64,000 nt of DNA, from NCBI GenBank assembly GCA_964016885.1, contig OZ024765.1, positions 13,392,001-13,456,000 on the forward strand, read 5' to 3'. Of this stretch, positions 28,501 through 41,944 are shown in pieces; position 1 is the first letter of the stretch; each line of letters starts with the position of its first letter. Under the pieces are notes generated by a model, which searched no databases, was not told the origin of the DNA, and worked only from the letters and a program-made list of their open reading frames with translations. The DNA is from Eledone cirrhosa. Lineage: Eukaryota. The position numbers and the translations under genes were made by a program.

Positions 28501-31500
28501 CACCAACAACACCAACACCACAACAACCACACCAACACCACCAACCCAACCACCACAACAACACCACCAACACCACCAACCCAACCACCACACCAACAAC
28601 ACCAACACCACAACAACCACACCAACACCACCAACCCAACCACCACACCAACACCACCAACACCACCAACCCAACCACCACAACAACAACCACACCAACA
28701 CCACCACAACAACAACCACACCAACACCACCAACCCAACCACCACAACAACACCACCAACACCACCAACCCAACCACCACAACACCACCAACACCACCAA
28801 CCCAACCACCACAACACCACCACCAACACCACCAACCCAACCACCACAACACCACCAACCCAACCACCACAACAACAACCACACCAACGCCACCAACCCA
28901 ACCACCACAACAACCACACCAACACCACCAACCCAACCACCACGACAACCACACCAACACCACCAACCCAACCACCACAACAACAACCACACCAACACCA
29001 CCAACCCAACCACCACAACAACCACACCAACACCACCAACCCAACCACCACGACAACCACACCAACACCACCAACCCAACCACCACAACAACAACCACAC
29101 CAACACCACCAACCCAACCACCACAACAACCACACCAACACCACCAACCCATCCACCACAACAACCACACCAACACCACCAACCCAACCACCACAACAAC
29201 AACCACACCAACACCACCAACCCAACCACCACAACAACCACACCAACGCCACCAACCCAACCACCACAACAACCACACCAACGCCACCAACCCAACCACC
29301 ACGACAACCACACCAACACCACCAACCCAACCACCACAACAACAACCACACCAACACCACCAACCCAACCACCACAACAACCACACCAACGCCACCAACC
29401 CAACCACCACGACAACAACCACACCAACACCACCAACCCAACCACCACAACAACCACACCAACGCCACCAACCCAACCACCACAACAACAACCACACCAA
29501 CGCCACCAACCCAACCACCACAACAACCACACCAACGCCACCAACCCAACCACCACAACAACCACACCAACACCACCAACCCATCCACCACAACAACCAC
29601 ACCAACACCACCAACCCAACCACCACAACAACAACCACACCAACACCACCAACCCAACCACCACAACAACCACACCAACGCCACCAACCCAACCACCACA
29701 ACAACCACACCAACGCCACCAACCCAACCACCACGACAACCACACCAACACCACCAACCCAACCACCACAACAACAACCACACCAACACCACCAACCCAA
29801 CCACCACAACAACCACACCAACGCCACCAACCCAACCACCACAACAACAACCACACCAACGCCACCAACCCAACCACCACGACAACCACACCAACACCAC
29901 CAACCCAACCACCACAACAACCACACCAACACCACCAACCCAACCACCACAACAACCACACCAACGCCACCAACCCAACCACCACGACAACAACCACACC
30001 AACGCCACCAACCCAACCACCACGACAACCACACCAACACCACCAACCCAACCACCACAACAACCACACCAACACCACCAACCCAACCACCACAACAACC
30101 ACACCAACACCACCAACCCAACCACCACAACAACAACCACACCAACGCCACCAACCCAACCACCACGACAACCACACCAACACCACCAACCCAACCACCA
30201 CAACAACCACACCAACACCACCAACCCAACCACCACAACAACCACAACAACACCACCAACCCAACCACCACAACAACCCCACCAACCTAACCACCACCAC
30301 AACCACACCAACACCACCAACACGACCACCACAACAACCACACCAACACCACCAACCCAACCACCACGACAACCACACCAACACCACCAACCCAACCACC
30401 ACAACAACCACACCAACACCACCAACCCAACCACCACGACAACCACACCAACACCACCAACCCAACCACCACGACAACCACACCAACACCACCAACACGA
30501 CCACCACAACAACCACAACAACACCACCAACCCAACCACCACGACAACCACACCAACACCACCAACCCAACCACCACCACAACCACACCAACACCACCAA
30601 CCCAACCACCACAACAACAACCACACCAACGCCACCAACCCAACCACCACCACAACCACACCAACACCACCAACACGACCACCACAACAACCACACCAAC
30701 ACCACCAACCCAACCACCACGACAACCACACCAACACCACCAACCCAACCACCACAACAACCACACCAACACCACCAACCCAACCACCACGACAACCACA
30801 CCAACACCACCAACCCAACCACCACGACAACCACACCAACACCACCAACACGACCACCACAACAACCACAACAACACCACCAACCCAACCACCACGACAA
30901 CCACACCAACACCACCAACCCAACCACCACCACAACCACACCAACACCACCAACCCAACCACCACAACAACAACCACACCAACGCCACCAACCCAACCAC
31001 CACCACAACCACACCAACACCACCAACCCAACCACCACAACAACAACCACAACAACACCACCAACCCAACCACCACGACAACCACACCAACACCACCAAC
31101 CCAACCACCACGACAACCACACCAACACCACCAACCCAACCACCACCACAACCACACCAACACCACCAACCCAACCACCACAACAACAACCACACCAACA
31201 CCACCAACCCAACCACCACGACAACCACACCAACACCACCAACACGACCACCACAACAACCACAACAACACCACCAACCCAACCACCACGACAACCACAC
31301 CAACACCACCAACCCAACCACCACCACAACCACACCAACACAACCAACCCAACCACCACCACAACCACACCAACACCACCAACCCAACCACCACGACAAC
31401 CACACCAACACCACCAACCCAACCACCACGACAACCACACCAACACCACCAACCCAACCACCACCACAACCACACCAACACCACCAACCCAACCACCACA

Positions 31501-34500
31501 ACAACAACCACACCAACGCCACCAACCCAACCACCACGACAACCACACCAACACCACCAACACGACCACCACAACAACCACAACAACACCACCAACCCAA
31601 CCACCACGACAACCACACCAACACCACCAACCCAACCACCACCACAACCACACCAACACCACCAACCCAACCACCACAACAACAACCACACCAACACCAC
31701 CAACCCAACCACCACGACAACCACACCAACACCACCAACACGACCACCACAACAACCACAACAACACCACCAACCCAACCACCACGACAACCACACCAAC
31801 ACCACCAACCCAACCACCACCACAACCACACCAACACCACCAACCCAACCACCACCACAACCACACCAACACCACCAACCCAACCACCACGACAACCACA
31901 CCAACACCACCAACCCAACCACCACGACAACCACACCAACACCACCAACCCAACCACCACCACAACCACACCAACACCACCAACCCAACCACCACAACAA
32001 CAACCACACCAACGCCACCAACCCAACCACCACAACAACCACACCAACACCACCAACCCAACCACCACCACAACCACACCAACACCACCAACCCAACCAC
32101 CACGACAACCACACCAACACCACCAACCCAACCACCACGACAACCACACCAACACCACCAACCCATCCACCACAACAACCACACCAACACCACCAACCCA
32201 ACCACCACAACAACAACCACACCAACGCCACCAACCCAACCACCACAACAACCACACCAACACCACCAACCCAACCACCACAACAACAACCACACCAACA
32301 CCACCAACCCAACCACCACAACAACCACACCAACACCACCAACCCAACCACCACAACAACCACACCAACACCACCAACCCAACCACCACAACAACAACCA
32401 CACCAACGCCACCAACCCAACCACCACAACAACCACACCAACACCACCAACCCAACCACCACGACAACCACACCAACACCACCAACACGACCACCACAAC
32501 AACCACAACAACACCACCAACCCAACCACCACGACAACCACACCAACACCACCAACCCAACCACCACCACAACCACACCAACACCACCAACCCAACCACC
32601 ACAACAACAACCACAACAACACCACCAACCCAACCACCACGACAACCACACCAACACCACCAACCCAACCACCACAACAACAACCACACCAACACCACCA
32701 ACCCAACCACCACAACAACCACACCAACACCACCAACCCAACCACCACAACAACCACACCAACACCACCAACCCAACCACCACAACAACAACCACACCAA
32801 CACCACCAACCCAACCACCACAACAACCACACCAACACCACCAACCCAACCACCACGACAACCACACCAACACCACCAACCCAACCACCACAACAACAAC
32901 CACACCAACACCACCAACCCAACCACCACAACAACCACACCAACACCACCAACCCAACCACCACAACAACCACACCAACACCACCAACCCAACCACCACA
33001 ACAACAACCACACCAACACCACCAACCCAACCACCACAACAACCACACCAACACCACCAACCCAACCACCACAACAACCACACCAACACCACCAACCCAA
33101 CCACCACAACAACAACCACACCAACGCCACCAACCCAACCACCACAACAACCACACCAACGCCACCAACCCAACCACCACGACAACCACACCAACACCAC
33201 CAACCCAACCACCACAACAACAACCACACCAACACCACCAACCCAACCACCACAACAACCACAACAACACCACCAACCCAACCACCACAACAACCCCACC
33301 AACCTAACCACCACCACAACCACACCAACACCACCAACACGACCACCACAACAACCACACCAACACCACCAACCCAACCACCACGACAACCACACCAACA
33401 CCACCAACCCAACCACCACGACAACCACACCAACACCACCAACACGACCACCACAACAACCACAACAACACCACCAACCCAACCACCACGACAACCACAC
33501 CAACACCACCAACCCAACCACCACGACAACCACACCAACACCACCAACCCAACCACCACGACAACCACACCAACACCACCAACCCAACCACCACGACAAC
33601 CACACCAACACCACCAACACGACCACCACAACAACCACAACAACACCACCAACCCAACCACCACCACAACCACACCAACACCACCAACACGACCACCACA
33701 ACAACCACACCAACACCACCAACCCAACCACCACGACAACCACACCAACACCACCAACCCAACCACCACGACAACCACACCAACACCACCAACCCAACCA
33801 CCACAACAACCACACCAACACAACCAACCCAACCACCACGACAACCACACCAACACCACCAACCCAACCACCACAACAACAACCACACCAACACCACCAA
33901 CCCAACCACCACGACAACCACACCAACACCACCAACCCAACCACCACGACAACCACACCAACGCCACCAACCCAACCACCACGACAACCACACCAACACC
34001 ACCAACCCAACCACCACAACACCACCAACACCACCAACCCAACCACCACAACAACACCACCAACACAACCAACCCAACCACCACAACACCACCAACACCA
34101 CCAACCCAACCACCACAACAACACCACCAACACCACCAACCCAACCACCACAACAACACCACCAACACCACCAACCCAACCACCACACCAACACCACCAA
34201 CCCAACCACCACAACAACACCACCAACACCACCAACCCAACCACCACAACAACACCACCAACCCAACCACCACCACAACCACACCAACACCAACAACCCA
34301 ACCACCACAACAACACCACCAACCCAACCACCACCACAACCACACCAACACCACCAACCCAACCACCACAACAACACCACCAACACCACCAACCCAACCA
34401 CCACCACAACAACCACACCAACACCACCACAACAACACCACCAACACCACTACAACAACAACCACACCAACACCACCAACCCAACCACCACAACAACACC

Positions 34501-35815
34501 ACCAACCCAACCACCACACCAACACCACCAACCCAACCACCACAACAACACCACCAACACCACCAACCCAACCACCACCACAACAACACCACCAACACCA
34601 CCAACCCAACCACCACAACAACAACCACACCAACACCACCACAACAACACCACCAACACCACTACAACAACAACCACACCAACACCACCAACCCAACCAC
34701 CACAACAACACCACCAACCCAACCACCACAACAACCACACCAACACCACCAACACGACCACCACACCAACACCACCAACCCAACCACCACAACAACACCA
34801 CCAACCCAACCACCACACCAACACCACCAACACGACCACCACACCAACACCACCAACCCAACCACCACAACAACACCACCAACCCAACCACCACAACAAC
34901 ACCACCAACCCAACCACCACAACAACACCACCAACACCACAGCTAAACAGAACAGCTACAACAATAGAATCACTACCATCACCAACACCACCACAACAAC
35001 AACCACACCAACACCACCAACCCAACCACCACAACAACACCACCAACCCAACCACCACCACAACACCACCAACCCAACCACCACAACAACACCACCAACC
35101 CAACCACCACAACAACACCACCAACCCAACCACCACAACAACACCACCAACCCAACCACCACAACAACACCACCAACCCAACCACCACCACAACCACACC
35201 AACACCACCAACCCAACCACCACCACAACCACACCAACACCACCAACACGACCACCACAACAACACCACCAACCCAACCACCACAACAACACCACCAACC
35301 CAACCACCACAACAACACCACCAACCCAACCACCACAACAACACCACCAACCCAACCACCACCACAACCACACCAACACCACCAACCCAACCACCACCAC
35401 AACCACACCAACACCACCAACACGACCACCACAACAACACCACCAACCCAACCACCACAACAACACCACCAACCCAACCACCACAACAACACCACCAACC
35501 CAACCACCACAACAACACCACCAACCCAACCACCACCACAACCACACCAACACCACCAACACGACCACCACAACAACACCACCAACCCAACCACCACAAC
35601 AACACCACCAACCCAACCACCACAACAACACCACCAACCCAACCACCACCACAACCACACCAACACCACCAACACGACCACCACAACAACACCACCAACA
35701 CGACCACCACAACAACACCACCAACCCAACCACCACAACAACACCACCAACACCACAGCTAAACAGAACAGCTACAACAATAGAATCACTACCATCACCA
35801 ACACCACCAACAACA
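25590..35815. repeat. 10.2-kb C/A-rich minisatellite (mainly 35/38-bp units) filling protease intron 2
   Basis: Unit caccaccaacccaaccaccacaacaaccacaccaa. Almost no G or T on the + strand. Confidence 0.97.
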
Positions 35816-35840
35816 CATAGTAACTTTTCTTACATTCCAG

Positions 35841-35965
35841 AAACCATGGACCTAAGAAGATTTCTGCCCACTTTGGTTCTGTCAATACAATCCAGATGCC
35901 AATACAGATTCCTGTAGACAATTACACAATGCATGAAGACTTTGTCCGCAGAAGAAAGTATCTTT
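35841..35965 (+). CDS. S1A serine protease exon 3
   Basis: ttccag|...|gtgagt. Encodes NHGPKKISAHFGSVNTIQMPIQIPVDNYTMHEDFVRRRKYL. Phases 2/1 join exons 2 and 4 without stops. Confidence 0.88.
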
Positions 35966-36454
35966 GTGAGTATTATAACACACACACACACACACACATA
36001 TATATCATCATCATTATCGCTTAACATCCATCTTCCACGCTAGTATGGGTTAGACGGGTTTGTCCCATTTAGAGGCAAGTTGGGTCGGGTGACCGTATCT
36101 CGCTCATACAGAACTGTCTCTGGCAGATTTTCTATGGCTGGATGCCCTTCCTAACACCAACCATATTTATAGTGTGGACTGGGAGCCTTTTTACTGTGTC
36201 TCCTACACGACCACTTTATAGTGTGGACTAGGTGCTTTTTGTTGTGTCTCCTACAGAACCACTTTACAGAGCGGACTGGGTTTTTTTTGTATTGACACCT
36301 ACACGACCAGTTTACAGTGTGGACTGGATGTTCTGTGGTATCAACATAACTTTCAGTATATTTATATATATGCTAGTTAGTTTGAATTGGCTCCCCACAA
36401 GCTCAAAGAGGTGTAGTCCCTTTTTTCTCACACACGAACATATATATATATATA

Positions 36455-36890
36455 TATGTATATAAAAGGTAAACAGAAATAACAACACAATTGGTACAGT
36501 ATATGGAAGGGATATATTAGGTTAACGCTTGATATAGCAGGAAGAGGGTATTAACGTTTTGGATGCTAGTCCTTCATCAGAAGAAAGAATGAGAAATACG
36601 ATAGATTGAGAGGATGGGCGGGATGGAATTGGAAAAAATATCTTTAGATAAAAATAACAGATCCATTGGCTGGGCTCCCACCCAGCTCAAGAAAGTGAGA
36701 TCCCTTTTCTTAAACACACACATATAAATATATATACTAGCTAGGTAGCTTTGTTCACTCTTTGTTGGCTCAACTCCCTTAGAATGTAAGAAGTTAAAGG
36801 CTGAAACACTTGTCTGAGAGGGGGGCGGGAAACTTCTCCGAAGACCTTTTTCTATCAAGTTCTCTCTCTTAACAGAGTTTTTAATAGTTT
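36455..36890 (-). mobile_element. second copy of the Penelope-like repeat with a mutated hammerhead (GAAA->AAAA)
   Basis: 36460-36640 aligns with 18315-18495. Core reads CTGATGA-A-GGACTAGCATCC-AAAA-CGTT. Confidence 0.6.
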
Positions 36891-37500
36891 CTAACACATG
36901 TTCACTATCTGTTTATTGTCTAACAGTGACACCATATTGTCTCTAACACATGTTCACTATCTGTTTATTGTCTAACAGTGACACCATATTGTCTCTAACA
37001 CATGTTCACTATCTGTTTATTGTCTAACAGTGACACCATATTGTCTCTAACACATGTTCACTACCTGTTTATTGTTAACAGTAAACAGTGACACCATATT
37101 GTGTCTCTAACACATGTTCACTACCTGTTTATTGTTAACAGTAAACAGTGACACCATATTGTGTCTCTAACACATGTTCACTACCTGTTTATTGTTAACA
37201 GTAAACAGTGATACCATATTGTGTCTCTAACACATGTTCACTACCTGTTTATTGTTAACAGTAAACAGTGATACCATATTGTGTCTCTAACACATGTTCA
37301 CCACCTGTTTATTGTTTAACAGTAAACAGTGACACCATATTGTGTCTCTAACACATGTTCACTACCTGTTTATTGTTTAACAGTAAACAGTGACACCATA
37401 TTGTGTCTCTAACACATGTTCACTACCTGTTTATTGTTAACAGTAAACAGTGATACCATATTGTGTCTCTAACATCTGTTCACCATCTGTTTATTGTCCC
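36890..37500. repeat. 52-61-bp minisatellite homologous to the exon 4 acceptor and exon start
   Basis: Unit tgttcactacctgtttattgttaacagtaaacagtgacaccatattg vs junction tgttcaccatctgtttattgtcccacag|tgaacgatgtggccatattg. Confidence 0.85.
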
Positions 37501-37504
37501 ACAG

Positions 37505-37636
37505 TGAACGATGTGGCCATATTGAAGCTGAGAGAAGCAGTGAACATCAGTGAGTGTATAAAACCAATACCCCTGGCCACACAACAACACTACTACCAGG
37601 GACAATGTATTGTGGCAGGTTGGGGTGTGAAAACAT
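37505..37636 (+). CDS. S1A serine protease exon 4 (catalytic Asp)
   Basis: cccacag|...|gtaagt. Encodes (L)NDVAILKLREAVNISECIKPIPLATQQHYYQGQCIVAGWGVKT, with NDIALLKL-like and GWG motifs. Confidence 0.93.
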
Positions 37637-37944
37637 GTAAGTTACACCTGGTAACCTTTTAAATTGTCATCCTCATCATCACTTTCATCTTTTTCCCTTT
37701 TTATTTTCTATTTTTGATCAGATTAGCATGGGGGGACGGTGCTCCAAGGCCATAGTATCTCGAATAATTGTTTCTACTTTTGGCACAAGGCCAGCAATTA
37801 CCCAGTGCATTACTGGTACTTTATTTTATTGACCCCGTAAGGATGAAAGGCAAAGTTAACCTCGGCGGGATTTGAACTCAGAATGGCAAGGGCCGTAACT
37901 CTATGCGTCAAAGCATGGCGTCCGACCCTCTACTGATACTACTA

Positions 37945-38565
37945 ATCCAGAATAATGATGGGCTGGAAGAAGTTTAGGGAGCTGCTTTCTCTGTCGACAA
38001 AGAAGGGTTTCTCCCTATGAATGAAAAGCCGGTTATATGATGCCTGTGTGAGATGCGCGATGCTGCATGGTAGTGAGACATGGGCAGCAACTGCAGAGGA
38101 TATGCGACGGCTGGAGAGAAATGAAGCAAGCATGCTCTGTTGAATGTGCAATGTCAATGTGCGTGAACGACCCAGCATAGATGAGTTGAGAGACAAACTG
38201 TGTATAAGAGGGATAAGTTGTGGTGTGCAGGAGAGAAGACTGAGATGGTATGGACATGTGATGCACATGGAGGATGAGCGCTGGGTAAAGAAGTGCCAAG
38301 AAATCCCAGTTGAAGGAAGATGCAGTAGAGGAAGACCACGCAAAACATGGGCGGAGGTGGTGAGAGCAGACCTCAAATCGCTGAAGCTCATGGAGGAGAT
38401 GACAAAGGACCGTGACAAGTGGAGAGATGCTGTGCTGAATAGGACCCATCCTACCCTTGCATGCAGGGAGAAGCGGACGTAAAATGATGATGATGATGAC
38501 GATGGTGGTGGTGATGGTGATGATGATGATGATGGTGGTGATGGTGATGATGATGATGATGATGA
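37945..38565 (+). mobile_element. RTE 3' fragment with (GAT)n tail
   Basis: GWKKFRELL...MLHGSETW...RRLRWYGHV...GRPRKTW, with internal stops. Confidence 0.85.
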
Positions 38566-38639
38566 TTTTTTCTTGAAGACTAGACCACCTGTGACCCATT
38601 GAGTTATGCTCACTTAACCCTTTAGCATTTAAACCAGCC

Positions 38640-39310
38640 AGCAGGGTATCAATAAATGAGACAGCCTGTCTTCCCACACTTCTTCGGCCGACCGCCGGTT
38701 TCCTGAGCCCAAGTCGTGATGCCATCTCTTCTGGATGACGGATGCAGTGCTCAGCCAGTTTCATTCGTCTGCAGGCAACTCCTTTTGAGACTGGTGGTAG
38801 TTATCTGTATAGTTCCTTATTTGTCAGCTTCAGTTTCCAAGAAATGTTGAGAGCCATTCTCAACATCCTTGTGTAACATCCGTCATGCCTCTTCCATAGC
38901 ACTTTGTCAATAGTCCACGTTTCACTGCCATAAAGCAGGACGGATTCAACAGTTGCTGGGAAGAGGCGCTCCTTGATATTGCGGTTTAGGTTGGACTTCC
39001 ACACCTTCAGTAGCTTGTGGCATGCCGACCATGCTATTGCTTTTCTAACTTCGAAGTCCTTGCATGAGCTGTGCATCCATGCAGCAAGATACTTAAAGTT
39101 CTCAACTGTTTTGATTGTTGTACCGTCCTTAGCAAGAACTGGAGCTGGATCAACCTGATTGTAGTGCATGATTTCGGTCTCCTTTGAATTGAGATGGAGT
39201 CCTATTTTGCATGATACAACCTCGACACGTATGAGCAGTGCTTGAGCTTGGCTGATTTCCTCTGTGATCAAGGCAATGTCATTGGCAAAGTCTGAGTCAG
39301 TTTTAATGAA
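38640..39310 (-). mobile_element. second RTE-like LINE family fragment
   Basis: DFANDIAL, GLHLNSKETEIM, VENFKYL, LLYGSETW, then KLAEHCIRH...GRRSVGR in another frame. Confidence 0.8.
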
Positions 39311-39464
39311 AGGTAGGGCCCAATCCAATCATGTTAAACCTATGTAGGGTTAACTGGTCTACTGCAGGGTTGTATCTCATTGGAGCACTGTACACAATAA
39401 TTTCATTATCATAAAAGCCCACATAAACTATGATTATACATATGACTCAGCTATCTAGTTAAAG

Positions 39465-40390
39465 CTGTATATAGCTATGGTGTGGCCACACTTAGAATTT
39501 GCATCACCAATCTGGAACCCCTATCGTGCTCAGAACATTGACTGCCTGGGAGCTGTTCAGAGACGTGCAACCAAGCGAATACCCTCCATCAGGCATCTAC
39601 CATACTCTGAACGCCTTGCTTCCCTGGGCATGGATATATTGAAGCTCCGACATCTCGCAACTGACTTGGTAAACAACCACAAAATTATTAACCATCTTGC
39701 CAACAACAACCCTGAGCACCTTTTTGATTTCCATGTGTCTAACACACGTGGGTATGCCTACAAAGTCAGAAAATAGCACAGCTCCCATGACTTTCGGAAA
39801 GATTTTTTGATGCTCAGAGTTGTTGAAGCATGGAACAAACTCCCTGCATCAGTTGTTAGCTGTCGAGACACTGCATCCTTTAAAACCTCCATGGAACAAA
39901 CAACCTGCATCAGTTATTAGCTGTCGAGACACTGCATCCTTTAAAACCTCCATGGAACAAACTCCCTGCATCAGTTATTAGCTGTTGAGACACTGCATCC
40001 TTTAAAACCTCCATGGAACAAACTACCTGCATCAGTTGTTAGCTGTCGAGACACTGAATCCTTTAAAACCTCCATGGAACAAATTCCCTGCATCAGTTAT
40101 TAGCTGTTGAGACACTGCATCCTTTAAAACCTCCATGGAACAAACTCCCTGCATCAGTTGTTAGCTGCCAAGACACTGCATCCTTTAAAACCTCCATGCT
40201 TCCTGAAATTCGCCAACACTACACCTGATATTCCCCCTCCATACACACGTACACATGTATTTCATGACTCATATACTATTCACTTCCCTGATATTTGTAT
40301 ATTATTCTATGTACTATACATGCACCTTTGATGAGTTGTAGTGCACCTGAGCACTGTACACAATCATTTCATTATTATTATTATTATTAT
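39465..40390 (+). mobile_element. CR1-type LINE 3' end with ~6x61-bp internal array and (ATT)n tail
   Basis: VWPHLEFASPIWNPY...AVQRRATKRIP...LPYSERLASLG...NTRG; 3' stem-loop tgtagtgcacctgagcactgtaca. Tail-only copies at ~2318-2538, 23790-23930 and 43505-43635. Confidence 0.85.
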
Positions 40391-41032
40391 TACCTTTCCC
40401 TTGGACAACATCGGTGGTGTGTAGAGGGGAGACTGGTATGTATGGGTGACTGCTGGCCTTCCACAAACAACCTTGCCTGGCTTGTGCCTCAGAGGGAAAC
40501 TTTCCAGGTGCAAAATCATGGTCATTCGAGACCCAGTGGGGCCTTAGAGTGCACCTGGGCACTGTACACAATAATTTCATTATCATTATTATTATTGGCA
40601 GTATCGGTAGAGGGTCAGACGCCATGCTTTCCAACATAGTTACGTCCCTTTACGATCTGAGTTCAAATCCCGCCGAGGTTGACTTTGCCTTTCATCCTTA
40701 CGGGATCGATAAAATAAAGTACCAGTAATGCACTGGGTAATTGCTGGCCTTGTGCCAAAAGTAGAAACAATTATATTTATTACACAAAGGGCAGTGGATT
40801 GGTAGATGGTCAGACGCCATGCATATAGTTATGGCCCTTTACGATCTGAGTTCAAATCCCGCCGAGGTCAACTTTGCCTTTCATCCTTACGGGGTCAATA
40901 AAATAAAGTACCAGTAATGGACTGGGTAATTGCTGGCCTTGTGCCTAAAGTAGAAACAATTATTATTATAAAAGCCCATTTGAACTATGATTATATATAT
41001 ATGACTATATAACAGGGTTGCTATTTCCACAG

Positions 41033-41175
41033 ATTTTGGTCCTTTATCAACAAGGTTACACTACACTGCTCTACCTATTGTACCTCTGAAACACTGCCAA
41101 GCCCTTAGTCCATATCTTCAGGATCAACATCTCTGTGCTGGGGAATTAAGGCCTGATGGTAGGACAACCTGTAAG
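41033..41175 (+). CDS. S1A serine protease exon 5
   Basis: ttccacag|...|gtaaga. Encodes (Y)FGPLSTRLHYTALPIVPLKHCQALSPYLQDQHLCAGELRPDGRTTCK, with the LCAG motif. Phases 1/0. Confidence 0.92.
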
Positions 41176-41749
41176 GTAAGACACAGTCAAGGACACCTGT
41201 TTTAGATTAATGTTTGAACTGGTCTGGTCTCAACACAACCATTGTATTTCTTTTTTATCTTCTTTCTTCTGTCATCATCATCATCATCATTATCATCCTT
41301 GTTACCATCACCATTATCATGATTGGCATCATCATCATCATCAACATCACTATCATCACTATTGTCATCACCAGTGTCATCTGATCATCATCATCATCAT
41401 CACCATTATCATCATCATCATCACCACCATTATCATCAATGTCATCATCACCATCAACATTATCATCCTATCATCATCATCATCAACATCATCACCATCA
41501 ACATTATCATCCTATCATCAACATCATCAGCACTATCATCTGATCATATATATATACACATATAGCTAGAGAGAGAGAGAGATACGAAAAGATTCAGGAC
41601 CCCGACGGCTGAGCTCCGGCCATTTCGACAGCTAGATCTGAACTCCTAGCTAGATAGAGAGATAGGTATATAAACATATTGCCCCAGCATGGTCACAGTC
41701 TATTGACTGAAACCAGTAAAACAATACAGAAACAAGCTAAATTCACCAC

Positions 41750-41890
41750 CATAGGCGCTGAGCTAACCAGCCGCAGGTGTGAGCCTCGCGAATTGGAATG
41801 GCTCTTCCAGCGCGTCTCCCTTGCCGTCTTCCACGGAAACTCCTTCTCCATCCTGTCCGCCGGGGCTGTGGGGAGGCCATCGATATGATT
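41750..41890 (+). mobile_element. 3' fragment of another CRE-like element
   Basis: EPRELEWLFQRVSLAVFHGNSFSILS is homologous to the C-terminus at 48047-48150. Confidence 0.65.
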
Positions 41891-41944
41891 ACTTAACTCT
41901 TTCATTACCATATTTCTAATTCAAGGTTGTCCCTAATACATAAA

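Noticed and set aside
25606-35756. Huge Val/Trp/Gly/Cys ORFs (up to 2219 aa) on the minus strand, and a Thr/Pro-rich mucin-like reading on the plus strand
   Set aside because: The 35/38-bp units are not multiples of 3, all frames are open simply from base composition, and the array lies within a phase-consistent intron of the protease.
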